From Anaerolineae bacterium (GTDB lineage: Bacteria > Chloroflexota > Anaerolineae > UBA1429), in the NCBI GenBank assembly GCA_963675785.1, contig OY776562.1, positions 320,001-384,000 on the forward strand: a DNA stretch of 64,000 nt. The letters run 5' to 3'. Below are positions 59,690 through 64,000 of the stretch, piece by piece; within the stretch, counting starts at the first letter, position 1; every line of letters starts with the position of its first letter. The position numbers and the translations under genes were made by a program. Under the pieces are notes generated by a model, which saw only the letters and a list, made by a program, of their open reading frames with translations, did not search any database and was not told where the DNA came from.

Positions 59690-61978
59690 TTAGAATTGAC
59701 CTAACCCCGGCAGTTGTTTTTCCAGCGCCTGCTTGACCAGCCCTTTCATCTTGTTCATGCTGGTTTCGCTTTCGCCTTCAAAACGGAGAGATAATTTGGG
59801 CGAAGTGTTGGAAGCGCGGATGAGCGCCCAGTCGTGTTGGCCAAAATAGATGCGGGCCCCGTCAATATCAATGACGCGATAGTCGGGAGCAAACTCATCG
59901 CGCACGGCATTCACTATATCTGCCTTTAGATAATCAGGGCAGTCTATGCGCAGCTCTGGCGAACTGACATAAGCAGGCAGACCGTCTACCAGTTCTTTGA
60001 GCATCTGGCTAAAGGGAACTCCGTGGTTATCCAAATAGCTGAGCAGTAAGGCGCCGGCATATAGAGCATCGTCATATTCGATGGGTGGATCATTGAAAAA
60101 GACGTGGCCGCTCAATTCGCCGCCAATGACGGCTCGCTCATGGCGCATACGCGGCAAGATTGAAGTATTGCCGCAACGCGCCATCACCGGAATGCCGCCG
60201 TATTTGCGTACACCATCAAAGAGCGATTCGGAGCAGCGCACCTCAAAAACGGCTTTACCTGGGCCGTTGCGCAGCGCTTCGCGCGCATATAGCAGCAGCA
60301 TCGTGTCAATAGGGACGATGCTGCCGGTTTCATCCACCAGGCCAATGCGGTCACCGTCGCCATCAAAGGCGACTCCTGCTGCACATTTGTGCTCTACAAC
60401 CGTCTGGCAGAGATCGAGCATGTTCTCTTCTTCGGCAGGATCGGGCTGATGGTTGGGAAAGGTGCCGTCCGGTTCACAATAGAGAGGGATAACCTCGCAG
60501 CCTAACTCGCGGAAGAGTTTGAGTGCCAGCGGCCCGGCGGAGCCGTTACCAGCGTCGATGGCGATCTTGAGCGGTTTACTGAGGCGAATGCGATGGGTGA
60601 TATAGTTCAGATAAGGATAGATCACATCTCGTGCCAAGCGGCGGCCTTCCCCGCTGGCAAAGAGACCGCTGGCGATGAGACGTTCCACCTTTTGCAGTTC
60701 TTCTCCAGCCAAGGCTTCTGTGCCCACCTGAAGTTTGAGGCCGTTGAATTCGGTGGGGTTGTGGCTGGCCGTTACCTGAACGGCACCATCCACCCAAAAA
60801 TGATTAAGGGCAAAGCTGGCCAACGGCGTGGGTACCTGGCCAATATCGATGACCTCACAGCCTGTGGCGATGAGTCCCTTGGTGACAGCCTGGGCAAAGG
60901 CCGCTGAACTGGGCCGAACATCGCGCCCCAGGACGATTTGATTGCGGCCGGTTCTGCGCTGCATATAGGTGCCAAAAGCTCTACCCATGCTTTCTAGGGC
61001 GGTGGCTGTGAGCTCCGATCCTACCATGCCGCGGATATCATACTCTCGAAAAATGGCGCGGCTCACCGAAAGCTGTTCTTGCAAGGCGTAATCGTGCAAT
61101 ACGGCCCTCAGCAACCGCCCCAGTTTGTCGGGATCGTGGCGGATGACAATACGCTCCTGATCGGTCACACGATCTATTTCCAGTACTTCGGTAGCCAGGC
61201 TCTGGCGGATGAGAATGGCGCCTTCAACCAATTCCATTTCCTGAGGTGTGCCCGGGAAAATGACCACGTGCGAATCGTCATCATGTACAATCTCTGGTTC
61301 AACGATGCCAGCAAGACTATCTCGGTAGCGCTGCAGCACGGAATCGCTAAAGGAGCCATTTTGATGGACCAGTACATAATCAAGACGAAAGCCGCAATGC
61401 CGCTGGATGACGCGCACGTGGTCTGCAATGGTATAGCCCACGGTCTGGTTTGGCTGGGTCATCAGGTTACAGACAAAGATCTTGCGAGCTTTGCTCTTGC
61501 GAATGGCCTCGTTGATCTCTTTGATTAGCAGTGCGGGGATAAGGTTTGTGTAGAGGGACCCGGGGCCAATGACGATGGCGTCGGCTCGGGCTAGGGCATC
61601 AAGTACTTCTGGGGTAGGTCTGAAATCTATTGTTGCCTGAGTTGCATCATCAGAAACTGCGTCTTCTGCCGTAAGAAATACACGTTCTAATGTGGTACCG
61701 GCTGGGGCCAGTGAGATGGCCCGCTCTCCCACCAGCGTTTCACCGGCCGAAGTAACAGCACAAACTTGCACCCGATCCAGTGTTGGGATGAGTACTTCGT
61801 CGGCACTAACGCCCATGATGCTGTGTAGTTGGGCAAAAGCGGCACCAGCGTTAGCGGGTGGAACAACGCCGATGGTGTCCCAGGGTTCGTCGCGGCAAGC
61901 GTTTAGCAACATGCCCAATCCCAGTGTTCCGGCAAATGCAACGACAGTAGACTTGTGAGTTGTGATATTATCTGACAT
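59690..61978 (-). CDS. fusion of a YvcK/GlmR (UPF0052)-like domain and a PMM/PGM phosphohexomutase
   Basis: N-terminus: ADAIVIGPGSLYT, NLMTQP, IRHDP. C-terminus: IFREYDIRG, TASHNP, FDGDGDR, GELSGH, RASNT. Confidence 0.88.
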   Translation of the reverse strand: MSDNITTHKSTVVAFAGTLGLGMLLNACRDEPWDTIGVVPPANAGAAFAQLHSIMGVSADEVLIPTLDRVQVCAVTSAGETLVGERAISLAPAGTTLERVFLTAEDAVSDDATQATIDFRPTPEVLDALARADAIVIGPGSLYTNLIPALLIKEINEAIRKSKARKIFVCNLMTQPNQTVGYTIADHVRVIQRHCGFRLDYVLVHQNGSFSDSVLQRYRDSLAGIVEPEIVHDDDSHVVIFPGTPQEMELVEGAILIRQSLATEVLEIDRVTDQERIVIRHDPDKLGRLLRAVLHDYALQEQLSVSRAIFREYDIRGMVGSELTATALESMGRAFGTYMQRRTGRNQIVLGRDVRPSSAAFAQAVTKGLIATGCEVIDIGQVPTPLASFALNHFWVDGAVQVTASHNPTEFNGLKLQVGTEALAGEELQKVERLIASGLFASGEGRRLARDVIYPYLNYITHRIRLSKPLKIAIDAGNGSAGPLALKLFRELGCEVIPLYCEPDGTFPNHQPDPAEEENMLDLCQTVVEHKCAAGVAFDGDGDRIGLVDETGSIVPIDTMLLLYAREALRNGPGKAVFEVRCSESLFDGVRKYGGIPVMARCGNTSILPRMRHERAVIGGELSGHVFFNDPPIEYDDALYAGALLLSYLDNHGVPFSQMLKELVDGLPAYVSSPELRIDCPDYLKADIVNAVRDEFAPDYRVIDIDGARIYFGQHDWALIRASNTSPKLSLRFEGESETSMNKMKGLVKQALEKQLPGLGQF

Positions 61979-62414
61979 TCATTACCTCTTGCATGTTCAA
62001 GTCTGGTCTATCTTGTCATCGTCGACGACTTGAGCGGTACATCTTATGGTCAAAGGTTGAGGTCAACCTTTGCTTTCTGCAGTGGTTTGTATATTAGTTC
62101 ACAGAACTATAACATTGGCTTGATAAAGGGTCAACGTTCATGGATATGGTTTTTATAACAGAAGGCATAGATGGATAAAAAAGCAATGCTTCGGGAACTG
62201 TTCATACGGGTATCAGTGACGACTATTTTTGTGGCTATTGCCATTATCTTTCTTCATGCAGATCTCTGGCTGCTGATCTTCCCGGTGGTCATTGGCCTGA
62301 CAATTTGGCTCAAATACCGCACGGGGGATGTTGACTGATTTTCACGCCGTTTTGATGTTCAGATGCTCAGCGTACGTTACACTATCCTCAGAATCCCCGT
62401 CTGAGGAGTGTTGT

Positions 62415-63197
62415 GTGCGCCTGACATACCGAGCTATAGTGACCAGCTTTATAATGATCCTGGGGGTGGTTCTGGCCAACTCTTTGGTCGAGGCTGCGCC
62501 TGTACCCAATACCATAGTGATCCCCTTGGTGTTGAACGTGGGGCCTCAGTGGATTTATCCTCAGGAAACATTTGAGACATTGCCGGTTGAATCTGCGCCA
62601 ACCGATCGACCTGCTGAAGATCATGCCGATCTCAATCTGTCCCTTCGTTCCTATGAAGAGACCCAGGCTTATATAGGTCTGGTAAACTATAACGGCGGTG
62701 TAGATGGTAACGCCCCTGATTTGCGTGGGTTATTGGCGGGCTTTGCAATACCTTCTTTTACAAGCATATACCGCGTGTATGATTGGAATTGGGATACCAA
62801 CAGCTGTGGTGAGCTTATCACGTATCCCGATGTAACCTTGTTGGGCTTGGCCGTAGATCCAGGGGCTGCTGTTTTTGTACCACCCTCAGGCTATTCCATC
62901 AGCGGCGATTATGGGTTCGAGGTGTTAGTACTCTATGCTTCTGAATCTCGCATCACACTGAAATACACGGGCGAAGACAATGTCGTGAGCGGCTATACGC
63001 TGCATATTGAGAATGTGGCGGTGCACCCTGATTTGCTGGCGTTGTATGAAGCGTGTAATGCAGAGGGAAGAGAAACACTGCCGGCACTGAGGGAAGGCCA
63101 ATGTTTTGGCGTGGCGAACGGAGACGAACTGGGTATAGCCATACGAGATAGCGGCACTTTTATGGATCCGCGTTCACTCAAGGACTGGTGGCAATAA
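62415..63197 (+). CDS. secreted hypothetical protein
   Basis: GAGGAG RBS, GTG start, signal peptide, IVIPLVL motif and FMDPRSLKDWW end. Confidence 0.7.
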   Translation: MRLTYRAIVTSFIMILGVVLANSLVEAAPVPNTIVIPLVLNVGPQWIYPQETFETLPVESAPTDRPAEDHADLNLSLRSYEETQAYIGLVNYNGGVDGNAPDLRGLLAGFAIPSFTSIYRVYDWNWDTNSCGELITYPDVTLLGLAVDPGAAVFVPPSGYSISGDYGFEVLVLYASESRITLKYTGEDNVVSGYTLHIENVAVHPDLLALYEACNAEGRETLPALREGQCFGVANGDELGIAIRDSGTFMDPRSLKDWWQ

Positions 63198-63209
63198 ATC
63201 CCCGCGACT

Positions 63210-63821
63210 TTAAAGTAGCTCTGGCTGCCTGGATACCTCTTGACCCTTTCCCCAATAGTTGAGTACCATCGCTGGAATTTTGTGCTTTTGGCTCAATTGG
63301 CGCACGCGTGTCGCGTCGCTTTCGAGCTCCTTGTAAGCAACAATCACCAGATACACAAGCGGTGCCCCCTGGCTTTGAACCAGTCTCGTCAATGACTCGA
63401 GGTCTGTTTCAACTTTGAATGTGCGGCTGACCTGAATGATGGCCGCTGTTTCTGCGTTTGCCTCAGCATTGCTGGGGTTTAGAGAATGAGGAACCAACAA
63501 GGCGACATCTGCGCGGAAGGATCGGGGATGCTTTGTTCCTTTGGCTTGGGGAAACGGGGGAAGAGCTACCTGTATTTGGCTGTGTACTGCGCTGGCAGCA
63601 ATGCCGTGTTGTGGCAAATCCTGCCGCAATACAGAAAAGAGCAGGCATTGCAAATCGGTTTGCGATAGCCAGGCACGAGGGTCTTGTCTACATACCTCAA
63701 AGAGGCGTTCAATGCTTTCTCTGATGAGCACATCAACCACACGCCTTTCGGGCCATCCGGGCAGTTCTGGCATGTTCCCAAAGGCAGCAATAGAGGAACT
63801 CACATCAGGAAAGTCGGACAT
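63210..63821 (-). CDS. hypothetical protein (possible PD-(D/E)xK-like fold)
   Basis: Open 203 aa frame with an upstream AAGGGG RBS and a TTGACA-16-TAGAAT promoter-like sequence. Confidence 0.6.
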   Translation of the reverse strand: MSDFPDVSSSIAAFGNMPELPGWPERRVVDVLIRESIERLFEVCRQDPRAWLSQTDLQCLLFSVLRQDLPQHGIAASAVHSQIQVALPPFPQAKGTKHPRSFRADVALLVPHSLNPSNAEANAETAAIIQVSRTFKVETDLESLTRLVQSQGAPLVYLVIVAYKELESDATRVRQLSQKHKIPAMVLNYWGKGQEVSRQPELL

Positions 63822-63968
63822 ACGTTTCCCCTTATCCTAGACACTTGATATTCTACCTTGCCTGTCAAGACTGTCAATCATATTGCCCCCAAGATTGGGG
63901 TTGCTCTATCGGATACTTTGGGATTATTATGGATCAGGTCATTGTATGAACGAACCCGGGAGGACACC

Positions 63969-64000
63969 TTGGAACTGCTCGATCAATCGAACAAGATCAA
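63969..64000 (+). CDS. possible start of a gene running off the window
   Basis: GGGAGG followed by TTG, with the frame open to the edge. Too short to identify. Confidence 0.3.
   Translation, partial: MELLDQSNKI

Overview
A 64 kb window of a moderately GC-rich bacterial chromosome, probably Chloroflexota/Anaerolineae. This is inferred from the Pro/Thr-rich lipoproteins and xPLIx-tailed secreted proteins. It holds a two-component system, a peptide-type ABC/formamidase operon, a RIO kinase, MFS transporters, HtrA, Cu/Zn/Ni transporters, a heparinase-sulfatase locus and amtB. It also holds a selenium operon (yedE-tusA-csd-DUF3343-selD), two tandem ~2300 aa surface proteins with a near-identical 3' end, a dac-rluB-cmk-DUF512-glmS cluster with a glmS ribozyme, and a YvcK-phosphohexomutase fusion. 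Two genes split in the ORF track are selenoproteins with an in-frame UGA and a SECIS-like hairpin (SelD, and a lipoprotein MsrA). The top finding is a 36-codon leader ORF with its own RBS, an in-frame UGA and a SECIS-like hairpin, directly upstream of the selenium operon. It is coupled to mutually exclusive hairpins that hide or free the yedE RBS, making it a candidate selenocysteine-sensing translational attenuator. Other RNA-level elements include a leader-peptide attenuator on the RIO kinase, ANTAR-like leaders on nitrogen genes, and a variant glmS ribozyme. All calls were made by eye, without database searches or folding software.
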